DNA of 64,000 bases from Lingula anatina. Lineage: Eukaryota; Animalia; Brachiopoda. This document shows positions 1-13,600 of this stretch, in pieces. Within the stretch, counting starts at the first letter, position 1, and every line of letters starts with the position of its first letter. Below the pieces are notes generated by a model. The model made no database searches and was not told where the DNA came from. It worked only from the letters and a program-made list of their open reading frames with translations. Made by a program: the position numbers and the translations under genes. The stretch lies in the NCBI GenBank assembly GCA_051362555.1, contig CM120645.1, forward strand, positions 13,144,001 through 13,208,000, written 5' to 3'.

Positions 1-661
1 AATGCATTTCTTCAAGGTTTGTAGGTGCTGGAAGATCAGAACAGTATTCAAAATATGCACATTAACAAATCAATGAGATAACATGAAGACAATAATAATT
101 ATAATTTGTTCGTTTTATTTCACTTCACTTGGGTGCAAAACTATGCCATAGAGAATGAATATCACAACCATGTATAAATGATTCAGAATTGATCTAAGAG
201 ATAATTAATACCTGTTTTACTATTATGCATTAAATGAAGGGAGGAAAATTCAGAATATTGCTTACAAGTAATTTGAAAGATACCTTTAAAATTGTAATTA
301 AGGTTGATGAATGTTATTCAAGTTTTGTTTTTACGTTGTCTGTTATGATTTTTTTCTGGAAACAAAGCGCTACAGTGACTGCATCAAATGACCACATTAA
401 TTTTAAAGGTGTTATGAAACTATGCATTTTCACTAAATCAGTTGGTTGACAGGTAGAGATTCACTTTGAGGGGAGCAGGTAGAAGGAATGGGGGATATAT
501 CAAGTTTAAAAAAATGTGTGCAATTTATTAGCTAAACTGCATTAGAAAAGTAGTAGATTTGCACAAGTAAAAGCAAAATTATTATGAGAAAAAGAGATTT
601 CATAACCTTATGTTGTGCTCAGGGTTCTGAGAGTTGTGTATGTAAGTATTTTTTCTACTAT

Positions 662-944
662 GGCCTGTTTCACAAATAAAAGTCTTTAATATTTGATCTT
701 GGCTTAGAATACTAAAACCAGATAGTGGACCACATAAATTTGACTGCTATAGTAATCTTAGAACTTTTTATAACGATTGCCAACAAAAAATGTAGTTGAC
801 AGAGTTTATTACGCAGCAATTGACTTGGTTCAATGTCTGGGAAAAAAAGCTTTGCAGGGGTTAAGGCTTCTTGTGAAATTTAGCTTAGTTGGCTAAAATT
901 CTAAGCAGACTTTGCTATGATTGATCATTTTGTGGGACAGGACC
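662..944. mobile_element. Degraded Harbinger-like MITE
   Basis: Imperfect termini GGCCTGTTTCACAAA / TTTGTGGGACAGGACC, resembling the 12143 element termini. Confidence 0.35.
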
Positions 945-1446
945 TGCACTCCACCGCGAGTCTAAATGTTCCTGTATGGCCTCAATACCCTAAGATAATA
1001 AGGAAAATGCTTTAAAATATTGCTTCACTACAACAAGGGAATGGGCTCGGTAAAAATTTTGGTTTAAGATGTAGTTATTTGACAGTGACTAAACACATAC
1101 CAACTCAGATCTAGCATGATATAGTTAGTATTTTCAACTGTAACACCTAAGAAGTTTATAAAATCATACTCAGTCTTGGGGGATTTTTGTATATGCCATT
1201 ACCTATGCGGCCAGTTTTTAAGACATAAATAAAACTTATCTGTTAAATATTTTAATAATTAAAATTCAGTAAAATAAATTCCAAATATATTTTTGTTGCA
1301 GGTTAGGGTCACATGGTCTTACTTTATGATAATAAAATTTGATGATATTTTATGTTTTGCATCTTGCATTTTATTTCATGACCAAAAAATCTCATTTTAT
1401 GCAATCACCTAGAAGTCAAATAGAAAAATTTATGTTGTTCCACAAG

Positions 1447-3465
1447 TTTTTATGTACAGACACAGATGTGTCTGTACATATAGCCATCATCTGCGTCTGT
1501 CGTCGCCGTCGCCGTCGTCGCTGTCGTCGCCGCCGTCGCCGTCGCCGTGCACTTTTACCGATAACACGATAAGTGGAAAACCATTTTACCTTTTGACTTG
1601 AAACTTGCAGAACTGATGAATATTCATAATACGCAGGTCAAGTTCGAAAATCAGCATGATCGGGTCACTTTTAGGGAATTTATGCTGTTTTTTCACTTTT
1701 TTCAGCATATATGCAGCACCGATAACACGATAAGTGGAAAACCATTTTACCTTTTGACTTGAAACTTACAGAACTGATGAATATTCATAATACGCAGGTC
1801 AAGTTCGAAAATCAGCATGATCGGGTCACTTTTAGGGAATTTATGCTGTTTTTTCACTTTTTTCAGCATATATGCAGCACCGATAACACGATAAGTGGAA
1901 AACCATTTTACCTTTTGACTTGAAACTTACAGAACTGATGAATATTCATAATACGCAGGTCAAGTTCGAAAATCAGCATGATCGGGTCACTTTTAGGGAA
2001 TTTATGCTGTTTTTTCACTTTTTTCAGCATATATGCAGCACCGATAACACGATAAGTGGAAAACCATTTTACCTTTTGACTTGAAACTTACAGAACTGAT
2101 GAATATTCATAATACGCAGGTCAAGTTCGAAAATCAGCATGATCGGGTCACTTTTAGGGAATTTATGCTGTTTTTTCACTTTTTTCAATATAAATGCAAC
2201 ACTGATAACACAATATAAGAAAAACGGATTGGCCAATTGTCATTATACTCACAGGAGTGGTCAATCTTACTAAAACGCAGGTTGAGTTCGAAAATCAGCA
2301 TAATCGGGCCATTATTTTAGAAGTTATACTGTTTTTTTTTTCACATTTCCTCAGAATCAATTATTAGGCATGTTAACAGTCTCATTATTTAACTAATAAG
2401 ATGCCTAAAAGTGTTTGTTTGATATTTCCTGCATTTTTACAACATTGTTAGTTGATTATGTAAAAAACATGGTAAACTTGTTATCATGTATTGTGTAATA
2501 AAGTGTCAAAAATGGAAATAAACTCATATCATTGCAGTTTGTCAGATGCATTCATCCACTATGTTCAGAATCTCAGAATGGAGGAAGTTGGACATTTAAC
2601 ACTGTTCTATTGATACTTTTCCCATCTCATCAATTTTCTTAGTTGGTCATATAAAAATGGCAGTAAAATGTTTATTTTGTTTTATGTTTAAAAAGTGTTA
2701 AAAATGGAAATAAACCCATTTCAGAACAGTGCTGTCTTGTTTACATTTTGGCATTTTCAAGGTGTGACTTTGAAGTTCCATGGGCCTAAAGACCTTTGCT
2801 AGTCACATTTTCTGAATATCTGTGATAAGCTGTTAAACATTATGTAATATTGCATCAAAATTTGAAGAAACCCCTATTTTGGGCACTGCTTCCATGATGA
2901 CCATTTAAGGAAAATCATGTCACTTACTGTTCTCAAACTTACAGGAAAGAAACATGGGACTAAAATACAGCTTCAGTAGGCAATGCAGTCTGTTTGGTAT
3001 TTTTATTTATTTATTTATTTATTTTTTTTTTTTTTGGCAGTTAAACAGTTTTTTGTGAAAATTTAATTTTTCACATATTGGCATTTTCAACTTAAAAGAC
3101 TTTAAAGTTCCATGATCTTGAAGACTTTTGCTTGTCACATTTTCTGAATGTCCATGTTACTAATATTTTATTAATAACATTTGATTGTCATTATGCTGTT
3201 ATGTAAAGTTGCATCAAAATTTGAAGAAACCCCTATTTTGGGCACTGCTCCTATGCTGACCATTTAAGGGAAATCATGTCACTTACTGTTCTCAAACTTA
3301 CAGGAAAGAAACATGGGTCTAACATACAGCTTCAATAGGCAACGCAGTCTGTTTGGTAAATTTTTCTGGCAATTTAACAGTTTTTTGTGAAAATTTAATT
3401 TTTCACTTATTTGCATCTTTATTTTCTGTTCTTTGTCTGTACATTTGACAGCTTTGCTGCCTTGT
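1447..3465 (+). mobile_element. HINE-like non-autonomous Helentron element, family 1, copy A
   Basis: T-run, palindrome TGTACAGACACAGATGTGTCTGTACA, (CGT/CGC)n microsatellite, 161-bp tandem array, 3' subterminal inverted repeat GTCTGTACAT (3435-3444), short hairpin, CTTGT end. A second copy lies at 45132-46986. Confidence 0.75.
1558..2345 (+). repeat. 161-bp tandem array (4 near-identical units plus 1 diverged unit)
   Basis: CCGATAACACGATAAGTGG starts at 1558, 1719, 1880 and 2041; diverged unit from about 2202. Confidence 0.95.
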
Positions 3466-5131
3466 TATATTTTCATATTTGTATTGAGATGTCCTAATTG
3501 AGGAAATGAGTGGGGATATTTTTTTAGCCCATTTACCATGCTTTTTAACACAAAATATAAGAAACTTGGTTTTTCTATTCAACTTGTGAATTAAAGGGGG
3601 AATGCAGTTAGTAAATTAAACCTTATGGAAAATTTGTGGGAGACAGGCTCCACACCTTTGTTTCAGAATACTTACATCTAATTCCAACCTGATGTGTAAA
3701 ATTAGAAAAAAAAATTTAGTTAAACACATCTCTATACAAGATATGATATATGTCAATCTGCAAAATAAACCAACCCAGAAGACTATACAATAGTTTTATT
3801 GACAGTGTAGTAAAAAGCATATCAACATATTTATAAAGTTTCCTTTGCACATCCTAAAAAGCAAAGGGGAGGTTCCCCTATTCCTCAATATGGTCTTTTC
3901 AACTTCTTTCTTATTTTTTCATTCACTATGATGTGTCCAAATACATTTTCAAGATCATTTCTTGAATTAAAAATATCATTAACATTGTCCTGACCAAATC
4001 TTTTAAAGGCTGGATAATCTTGAACATAGCTGTGTTTCACAGCTTGTGAAGTTCAAATGTTTAGATGCATAACGACCCCTCCCCCCCCCCCCCCCCACAA
4101 CATGGTCTAATTTCTGCAAAAGACAAATGAAAGTTAATCAGTTTTCTGAACATGGCATCAAAATGTTACTTATCTGCAAATCTGTTTTATGTTGAATTAA
4201 ATTTGCTTTTGTCCAATATTTATATTACACTCCTAAATAATTGTTGATTTTTTTTTCTGATAAATAATGTTCTAATAGCAATTAAAATTAAACATGTAGA
4301 TTTATTTTAATAATAACAAGGCATTCAACTTAAATGAGAGGTCATTTACAAAGCAGAGATTATAATAATGCTATTATATTTTTTTCCAGATTCAGAATGG
4401 AATGGTTAAGGAATATAAACAGCTCCAACAATTTTATATACCTAAAAATTGCCATTTCTTAGGCTAATTAACAATTGTGACAATAATTTGTCAACTTCCT
4501 AAAACTTATTTATAGGTTATAAATTGTATTTATAGTGCTTGGCCACTGCACCTAAGCCACTTCAGCAGCTCTTCTACTAGCATTTAACAGAGCTGCTACT
4601 GTCAGCATTTGGTCTATTCCAGTTGTTTCAAGACAAAGACAAAACTGTAATTAAATCTGAAGTGCAGATTGTCATCATTTGACATTGGTGAGAGTCCCAG
4701 TTCACCTGACGACGGCCGTGTGATGAGCCTTAAATTAGCTCCAGTGTGGGATTTAATTACAATTCCACCTTTATCTAAGAAATAGTTCATAACAAAACAC
4801 CGGAGAGAATGGTCTGCTCACTGTGTAAAGTCTGTGAACATTTTCCTTGTGTCCTTTGGAAAACTATTACTTCCATCTTCAGTGCAGTGAAAATTTGCTG
4901 TTCTGGAAAAAAATTATATGTTTATATTTTCCAGTTCTGTTCCAGTATGCTATTTAAAAAAATTAACTTGAAACTTTTTACATGAACCACATTCTAACAA
5001 CACAAAAAAAATCTGATGTTGCAACTGTCAATTTTGGATAACTGGTGATTTCTATACCAATATAATTTTTTAATAAAAAATACACTAAAATAAATAAAAA
5101 ACAAAAACACTCATACCATACTTATGTCATG

Positions 5132-7235
5132 CTAAAACCTCTTGAGAAATTCCTCTGCTGAGATACGTGCCCTAGAATTCACTGCCAGTTTCATTTCGCT
5201 AATTTCCTTGTCAATTTCCTCCATGAACTGAATGATGAAATCTACAATCTTGTGTTTGTACATTTGTTCCGTGTGGAAGTTGGTCACCAGAAAACTAATA
5301 TCATATCCCTGCAATAAAGGATTTTGAAACATAATAAGACCACAATCTGGCTATGTAAGCAGGGGCGGATTTAGGGCGTCTTCTGGGTCTTCCGGAAGAC
5401 GGTCAGATTTTCAAGTTTACATTGACTGGTATCTAATTTTTTCTGTCGGAAGACGGTCAAAAATGGAGGATGGATCAACATAGATAAATTGGAAGACCGT
5501 CAGAAAATAACTCTGGATCCGCCCCTGGTAAGCATCTGTGACAACATGGTTCCAATATTTTAAGATGAGAATATTTTCTCCTTTCATCAGTCTGACATCA
5601 AATAATCCATTTCCTTCTTAGTTGGTCAACTTAACATACAACAATACTATAGTCTATAGCACTGTCAGATATATAAGCAATTAAATAATTTAGATTGTGG
5701 CCATTATCATTACCAAGGCCTCTTTTACTGCAAGAAACATTACCTATGTGCTTGTAATATTGCTAATAAAATAATAGATAAATATGTCTGTTAGAAAACA
5801 TTTATCCCACTTTTGTCAATTTGTATTTACTGTAAGGATTTCAGTTAAAGAAATTAATAGCTAAGTTAACCCAAAAGCACTCACCGCTACTGGTTTTCTT
5901 CTGAGAATAACAAAATTTTCTGCCCTCATCATCATAAATCTCATGAATTTGTGGCACAGAATTTTTTCAATTTCATCAGCCTAAAAAACATGCAAAATTA
6001 TTCTTATCACTATCTTTAACAAAACTGATATGTTTCTTAAGATCAATGTAGACCTGTTAAATTTAACCTTCTATCAAAAAAGTTTGTTTTTGAGTAACTT
6101 TAAGAGAGAAGATATGTTTTTAAAGACATGGTTTTTCCCACTGAAGAATTTACTACTAATTGTTCTGCAATCTTAATTATGACTCTTTCTTTGTTCCTGC
6201 ACACTTGGCCTTTGACATAAACTATTAGCCATTAACCTGTAAAAAGCAGAAATTTGGTAACAAATAGAAATTCAACATGCTCACCTGTTTTACTGCTATG
6301 CTAATCCTGAGTGAGTTGACTGAACCTTCTATAAGCACTTTTTCCTTCTCATTTCTACTGATTACTACTGGTGTAAGTAGCAGTTCCTTGCTGCTCCTGA
6401 AATATTAATATTTGCCATTAGCACTGTCATTTTTTTTTGTTTGTTTGTTTCATTCGCTGACATTGGAAAATATAATTGTGAATTACTTCATGATCATTAT
6501 ATGTGAGGAACTTTTCATAATCCAAAGTCATAAAATATAGCTTTTCAATCTTCAAACAGATGCATGCAAAACATATTCATAGGGCATAATTTTTATTCAA
6601 TTCTGTTTCAATTTATGACAAGCATTAATTTAGTTTTCTGCAGATAACAGAACAGTGACAAGAAATTCCAACACTCACTTTACTTCTACCTCTGGTTTAT
6701 TATGCCTTTCAACAACTTGTGAAGAGAAGTTTTCAAGGCACAGAGCAGCTGTTAGGGTTTGCCTTACAGCACTAAGATACGGTCTGAGAGTGGCAGACTG
6801 AAATACATAAAATATTGTATTAATATGATAAAAACATGACTCTTGCTAAACTTGACTTGACTCTTGCTAATTTGATAGCCTGATTTCAGAAACAGGAAGT
6901 GTCATTCTAAAATAACACAGAGCAACGACATACAGCAGTTGCTATTTAACTGATAAAATACAATTTAAACAAAAATATACAAGCATTTAGAAACCAGTGA
7001 ACTTGAAGTTTAAGATTGACGCTAGGATGTTCAGCTTGAGGAACCGACTTCTGGTGAGTCAGCCGGCGAATTTATACCTTCACAAAAGTGTTAAGAACTC
7101 TTGTGATCTATAAAAATTTCGCATACAATTATTCTATCACTCAAAGATAATCGTTATTAATCCAATAATTTTAAATCACTGCTTTGATTATAGATAAAAA
7201 TTGCAAAATAATAAAACAAGGAAGACACCCACCAT
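5132..7235 (-). CDS. ARPC4: Actin-related protein 2/3 complex subunit 4 (168 aa, 5 coding exons)
   Basis: Exons (- strand): 7233-7235 (ATG only), 6679-6797, 6285-6396, 5885-5980, 5132-5308; all introns GT-AG; total 507 nt. Translation [48 protein letters not shown]...[23 protein letters not shown]...[20 protein letters not shown]...AEEFLKRF is the highly conserved ARPC4 sequence. Confidence 0.97.
5360..5527. mobile_element. About 170-bp hAT-like MITE (CAGGGGCGGAT termini), copy 1
   Basis: TIR CAGGGGCGGAT / ATCCGCCCCTG; GTAAG on both flanks; homologous to 52499-52669 and 57145-57314. Confidence 0.8.
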
Positions 7236-7629
7236 CTCGAGATATTAGGAAGTACGCTGTTGGGCATGCGCGTCGACAACAGCGACCTCTACGGAAAGGA
7301 ATGCACGCAACTTTCTACTTCCTGGAGATCAGAAACGAAGCACCATTTTGTTTGCAGTAGTGATTGAATCGCTTTGCAGTTTTCCGAACTAGATGAGATG
7401 TGATGGACACGCATATTTGCATCGCATATATTGTTGACTCGTGCTGTTAATCAACCGCGGACCAAAATTAATTTGATTGCCCAGGTACGCGCTCTACGTG
7501 AGCTAGAAAACGGCTACTGGCTTAATTCACCTTCAAACACCTGTTTGCTGCTGAATGAGAGACCAACTTTGGTGACACCTTTTATAAAGAAAAACCTGTT
7601 TTCATTAAGGCTGTGACATAGCATTCAAA
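7236..7629. promoter_or_regulatory. Bidirectional promoter / 5' UTR region of ARPC4 and NEK4
   Basis: Only 394 bp separate the divergent ATGs; CpG-enriched relative to background; NRF1-like GCATGCGC (7264-7271), ETS-like GGAAG/ACTTCC and YY1-like CCATTTT motifs. Confidence 0.7.
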
Positions 7630-10600
7630 ATGGATCCTGATAATCCACTTTCGATGTACCAAGAGATAAGAAATGTGGGCAAAGGCAGCTATGGAGAGGT
7701 TTGGTTAGTTCGGCACAAAAAGGATAAAAAACAGGTAAATATGTCAGGTGAAAATGAAATGACTTCATTGAGGCTGGGGTGAGGTATAGTGGACAATTAT
7801 TTCTCTATTATCGTAATAACGTCCTGTGTTTTGCTTTGTGTTTCAATATATTAACCATAGATTAATTTTACTGTGCATGATGCTTTTGTGCTTGATTTGT
7901 GAATTGATTATATGCATTGAAATATTATTTATAACCATTTAAGGCAATAATTTTATTATCTGTTGTGATACATAAATCCCAATAAATGTTCGTATTGTTA
8001 GACTGCTGTTAAATCAAGTCGAATGAACAGACATGAAATACGTAGATTGGGATTATGCCAATGCCTGAAGCATTATAATGTTTTGATATTATATTTTTTC
8101 TTAGTTGAATGTAATGTTCATTTTATTTCAATTAAAATGTCAACAATTATCTTTCAGTATGTACTGAAGAAGATGGAACTAAAAAATGCATCAAAAAGAG
8201 AAAGAAAAGCTGCAGAACAAGAAGCCAAACTTCTGTCAAAATTAAAACACCCTAATATAGTCTCCTACAGAGACTCATTTGAGACCTCGGATGGCTTGTT
8301 ATACATTGTTATGAGCTTCTGTGAGGGTGGAGACTTGTATAATAGGTTAAAGGAACAGAAGGGGGTGTTACTAGATGAGAGGCAGATTGTGGAATGGTTT
8401 GTACAGATAGCAATGGCATTACAGGTAAGGATGGGTGAACACACTGTACTACATTATGTAATAAAGCTTTCATTGTGTCACACATGTATACAGCACAAAG
8501 CCAGCAGTAAATAACTAACAAAATCAACACAGTGTCAAACCACGTTATGTAAATTTTGTGTATTGCAGCAAATGAAACTTACGAACTGAGTTTGAACTTT
8601 TGTCAAGAAAAAAATGTTTTACAGTAGATTCACTGAGTAATATGATTTAATTTGGTTATAATTTTCCAATGAGTATGAAAATATTGTTATTTGTAATTTT
8701 TAAAATTTTCCAGTACATGCATGAAAGGAACATATTACACAGAGATCTTAAGACACAAAATATATTTCTGACCAAAAACAAGATCATCAAACTGGGAGAT
8801 CTGGGAATTGCCAGGTGAGAAATGTGTGGGTAATAGCATTTAGGATAAATATAAGTACGTAAATTAATCATTATCAGAACTTGCACTCAGATTAAATACA
8901 CTAGGTAATATGTTTCAAAATATTCAAGAAGAGATTTAATAAAATCTGTTTAATCCATGTAAATCAGTGATTGAAAAAAGGCTTGATACCTTTAGATTAT
9001 CAGTACTACAAGCAAGTTTTATTTAATCATGTTGTTTATTTCAGAGTGCTTGAAAGCTCCAATGATATGGCTACAACACTTATAGGAACTCCATATTACA
9101 TGAGTCCAGAACTATTTTCTAACAAACCATACAACCACAAGGTGAGAATATATGTATAACTAAGAGTTAAATACAGTATACAGTGTGTATATAGAATAAC
9201 TTTTGTAACGCTGATTATGCAAAAACATATTAATAATCCTCACTGCAGACGCTCTTTTACACATGTACTTGGATGTCATTTGTGAAATATAATATGCTCT
9301 TATTTGAGGATTTTGATCTCCAGGCAGCAATTAAGAGAGACTTTGCAAACAGTACATAGATCCGTACATTTACAAGAAGTCTTTATTATTGAAAAACATT
9401 CCAAATACTGCTATCATAAATATGATGAACTGAAAAACTTGTATCATGTCCCATTTAAAGACAACAAACAAGCAAACACTACAGATTCTTGTTATTCCAG
9501 TCTGATGTGTGGGCCTTAGGATGCTGTGTGTATGAGATGACCACACTGAAACATGCCTTCAATGCCAAAGATATGAACTCTCTAGTGTATAAAATTTTAA
9601 GGGGAAAGGTAGGACAGAAACTGCTTTATTTTGATTGATTAGTATTCATTAATAGGTATGTCAATCATTAAGGATTTGTAACAAGTACCATGAAAAGAAG
9701 TGGCTATTGAGTATAGGTTAGGCAAATAAGAAGGAAGGTCATTATTGGAAGGCTAATATCCTTTGCTAACCAAGAAGAGAGGTAGAATAGTACCAGATGT
9801 GTTAGTGTATCTAGGTGATGAAGTGATGAAACTTGTACAAGGGCAATGCAGTCTGAGAAATATTGTCTTTTCCAGTATTATATAAAAATGTTGCCAATAA
9901 ATTTAGACCAGATCCATCAAAATCTGTCAGATACTAGACTTGTTGAATTATAATATTAATTTTACTTTAAATGCATGTGATGTATTTCAGGTATCTTTAA
10001 CTGAAAGGTATTTTACATACATCATATTTTATACAGCCTGAATTTAAGAGTTTAGAAACTAACCTCTGGTGTTTTTGAACAGGTTATATAACATGGACAT
10101 GTATTTCAGATGCCTCAGATGCCTAGCCAATATACACCTGAGTTAGTCACCCTCATCAAGTCCATGCTTGCTCAAGATCCAGACAAGAGACCAAGTGTAA
10201 ACAGGATACTTAGGGACCAGTTTATCAAGAAAAATATTGCAATCTTTTTGGAAAGTACCAAAAGGTAAAAAATGAGGGAGTATTGAAATAATGGTAACTG
10301 TTTTAGAAATGACAAAATTATCGTCCATTTCCCCTTCATATAATGCTGAATTATACTACCGAAGGAACTAAATTAATAGTGAAATTCTTCTATATTTTTT
10401 AGAAGGAGGTACATCACTCTGGATTTAAGTAATATGCAGAATTTCTTCATATAACCAATGTTAAGCATGAGTCATTAATATGAAGATATACAGTATGTAT
10501 TTATATTGATTAGTTAAATTTATCTACCCATGTATTCAGCCGCCGTCCAAGCACAAGTGGCAGCCGTCCGTCAACTGCTCAACGCTCAAGTTCTGGGAAC

Positions 10601-13600
10601 CGTCCAAGTTCTGGCAATCGTCCAAGTTCAGGCAATCGTCCAAATTCAGCTGGCCGTCGTCCTGGCTCCGGTAAACGCAATGACCAAGGTGATGGCGTTC
10701 AAGTGACAACAAGTAGTTCTGTGCACAGCTCGGTGGATGAGGACCAAAAGGTAAATAAATCTGGGTATGTCAGGAGTGTTAGATTCCAGATTGCCATTGC
10801 ATTAATTGATTTACCCCATTTCCATGCTGGCAGTAGAAAAGATTGTTTCATAACTAGAAACACACACGCACATTAATCACTTAAAATATTTTGATACAAG
10901 ATATCCAGAGTTTCTAAGTTCACTGGAACCTGGCCTTTGTTGTTTCTAGTAATGGAATAATAAAGGTTAGTTTTCATTTTGATATTCAGTCAAGTAGGAA
11001 AAATGTAAAATAAATTTACTTTTTTCTCATGAAAGGAAACAGGTCAAAGGAAATCCTCAAAAAAGAAGAAACAGAAAGGGGATGTTGATGACAATGTTTT
11101 TGATGAAGATAAGCCAACAAAGAAGGAAATATTTGAAAATGTGAGATATGACACTTTTCATTATGCATAAATCTAAGACTTAATATTTTGTTTAAGAATA
11201 GTTTAATTAAGTTTATTATGAACATATCTAAAAAAATGGGAAGTCTTTGTTTTTAGTTTTATTTGGGAGTAGTGCCTTTTTATATCAAAGCAGAAACCTG
11301 CATTTTTGGCATTTATTTGACTTTCCACCTGACATTCAAGAAAAAACATAAATGATTTAAAACATCTTCTCACCAAAGCTACATGAACAGTATAATTGTA
11401 CATATACTTGCTCCCTCTCTTTCTTTTCAGCCAATTCCTGTTGAGAAACCACGCCCCTTACCACCCCCACCAGCAAGTGGTGGAATACCTCAGAAGAACC
11501 AGAAGAAAAACAGACAATCTGTTGAAGTCTCGACGTCATCATCAAGTGTCACAAGCTCAAGTTATGACACTCCAACAGGAGATGACACTCCAAGGGTTAG
11601 TTACTTTAGTTTGTTGATAGGCATGTGGCTTATTCAATGAATTTGAGATACTTTGATAATTTACTTTATTTAGCACTGAATAGCACAAAGTCACATTTCA
11701 AATGCCTTCTGAGGTGTTTTCTTTAATGTGATGGGAGAAATACAGTTGGAATATATTTGCGAAAAAAAAAAGCATTATGTCAATTTTTAAGTATCTTGCA
11801 GTGTTATCTTATTAGAGATTATATCATCCAACACTTTATAATAGGAAACTACATGAAAATTTAGATCTGAGACCTCTTCATCCTTTATTGATAGTCAAGA
11901 CCCAACACATCTGCACGAGCCAGGCGCAGGGAAAAGAAACAAGATGGCGTAGACACCCCCACTGGTCCTCCAGGTGCGTCAGACCGACGGCGGCCATCTC
12001 AGCCTGAGGGGCACATAGAGCAGGACCTTGCTGTGGCAGATTCAGCACAGGAGAAAAAGGAGGCCCGTGTAGGTGTATAATGAAATTGCAGATTTTAAAA
12101 AACCATGTCAGCAGGGTTTAGCTTATTTTGGGCTCAAACCAGGCATCGCTTTCACAAAAAAACTTAAGTCAGGTTCCCTGGCTAAGAACTTAATTACCAA
12201 GGTTACATGGTAACATGGGCACATCTTACCCTATCAGGAGCAGTGTAACAGCACTTTGATGGAAATCCTAGTCAACTAAGCCAGGGAATGACTTAAGTTT
12301 TTTTGTGAAACTGGGACCAGGGCTTTTGAGTATGCACCACATATACATGAATATACTTGATATGTCATTTTACATCAAAATTGATTTTTCATTACTTTTG
12401 AAGATAGAAACAGTATTGAAAGAAACTCGTAAGTCATGTATGTAATATTTTTACATAGATTTATTATCTTTCTCTGTTGTGTAAACATCAGCCCCATGTG
12501 CATCGTCAGATGTCTGAAGTTGAAGTAGATGACGTGGATGGAGATGAAGATACCACACTGGAGGAAGAGAAGGAAGGAGAAGAGAAGCGGTGAGTCCAGT
12601 CTTTGGTAAACACAAGTAGACAACAGAACTCACTTGGCAGAGTACAGGCTTGATGTGGTTCAGCTCCTTCATATTGAAATGCCCCTGTATGGCTGCTAAT
12701 CAGTAATTTCATAAGCGTGTACATGCATATTTTTGCCTCTGAACTGAAGCGTGGGGCAATTCTGTGAACCAAATATAAGATTTAAGATTTATTTGTGCTT
12801 TAGTGATCCCTCCTGATTTCCTCACTGTTTTCTTCAAATAATGTAAGGAGTGTCACTTTATGTGTTCACCTTTTCAGCACACTTCATTAGCAGACTACAA
12901 ATGAAAATGAAGGAATTATTTTAATGTTATTGTGGGCATTCCTACTGCCACTAATGTAGTTCATTACCTCTACTGTGCTAGTTAATATCTGTTATAGGTT
13001 TTTTTTTCAATCTGAATTTTGGAGTTTGTTTGAAACTTAACACTTTTCATTTGTGCTATCCTCTTTTATGTTGCCAATCTACTTTTGTGTAAAATGGGCA
13101 AGTATAAATTTTTCTCTAACATTTTCGGACATAAATTCTTGTGTTTTTAAAGAACATTCATTTGTTTAATTACTCATTTCCTCTTCAGGACTTATGTTGT
13201 ACGTTCACATGAGAAAAATAGGTAACAGTGCCTTATATGATTATGATATTTACATTATGCATTAAAAGACCATTGGTTTTGTTTATCTATCTCTTGAATT
13301 TATTTTACTTTTTATTAGTTTTACGTTGATTTGAACATTATGTTCCAATTGCCTATTGACAAGAAACACAATTTAATTATTTAGTAGTTATAAAACTCTG
13401 CAAAAAAATTGAAAAATAGAAGTGCAAATGCATAGATTAACATACATTTACTAATGGCTCTTAAAAGGAAGTACTAACAAATTATATACATTGCTGCCAA
13501 TAAAATATCCAGATTGGCAGGATGATTAATACCCATTACCAAAGGTGTGCTCGTGATCATAGCTTTTTCATGTAGAAACAGCCTAGACATATTAGGTCTC

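Noticed and set aside
1339-1572. Protamine-like Arg-rich ORF
   Set aside because: The poly-Arg comes from the (CGT/CGC)n microsatellite of the HINE element.
1605-1670. Hammerhead ribozyme in the 161-bp repeat (CTGATGA...GAAA)
   Set aside because: The sequence between the two boxes cannot form stem II, stem I does not pair, and CTGATGA is not kept in the type-B units.
4726-4750. CTGACGA hammerhead-like box
   Set aside because: No downstream GAAA box or compatible stems.
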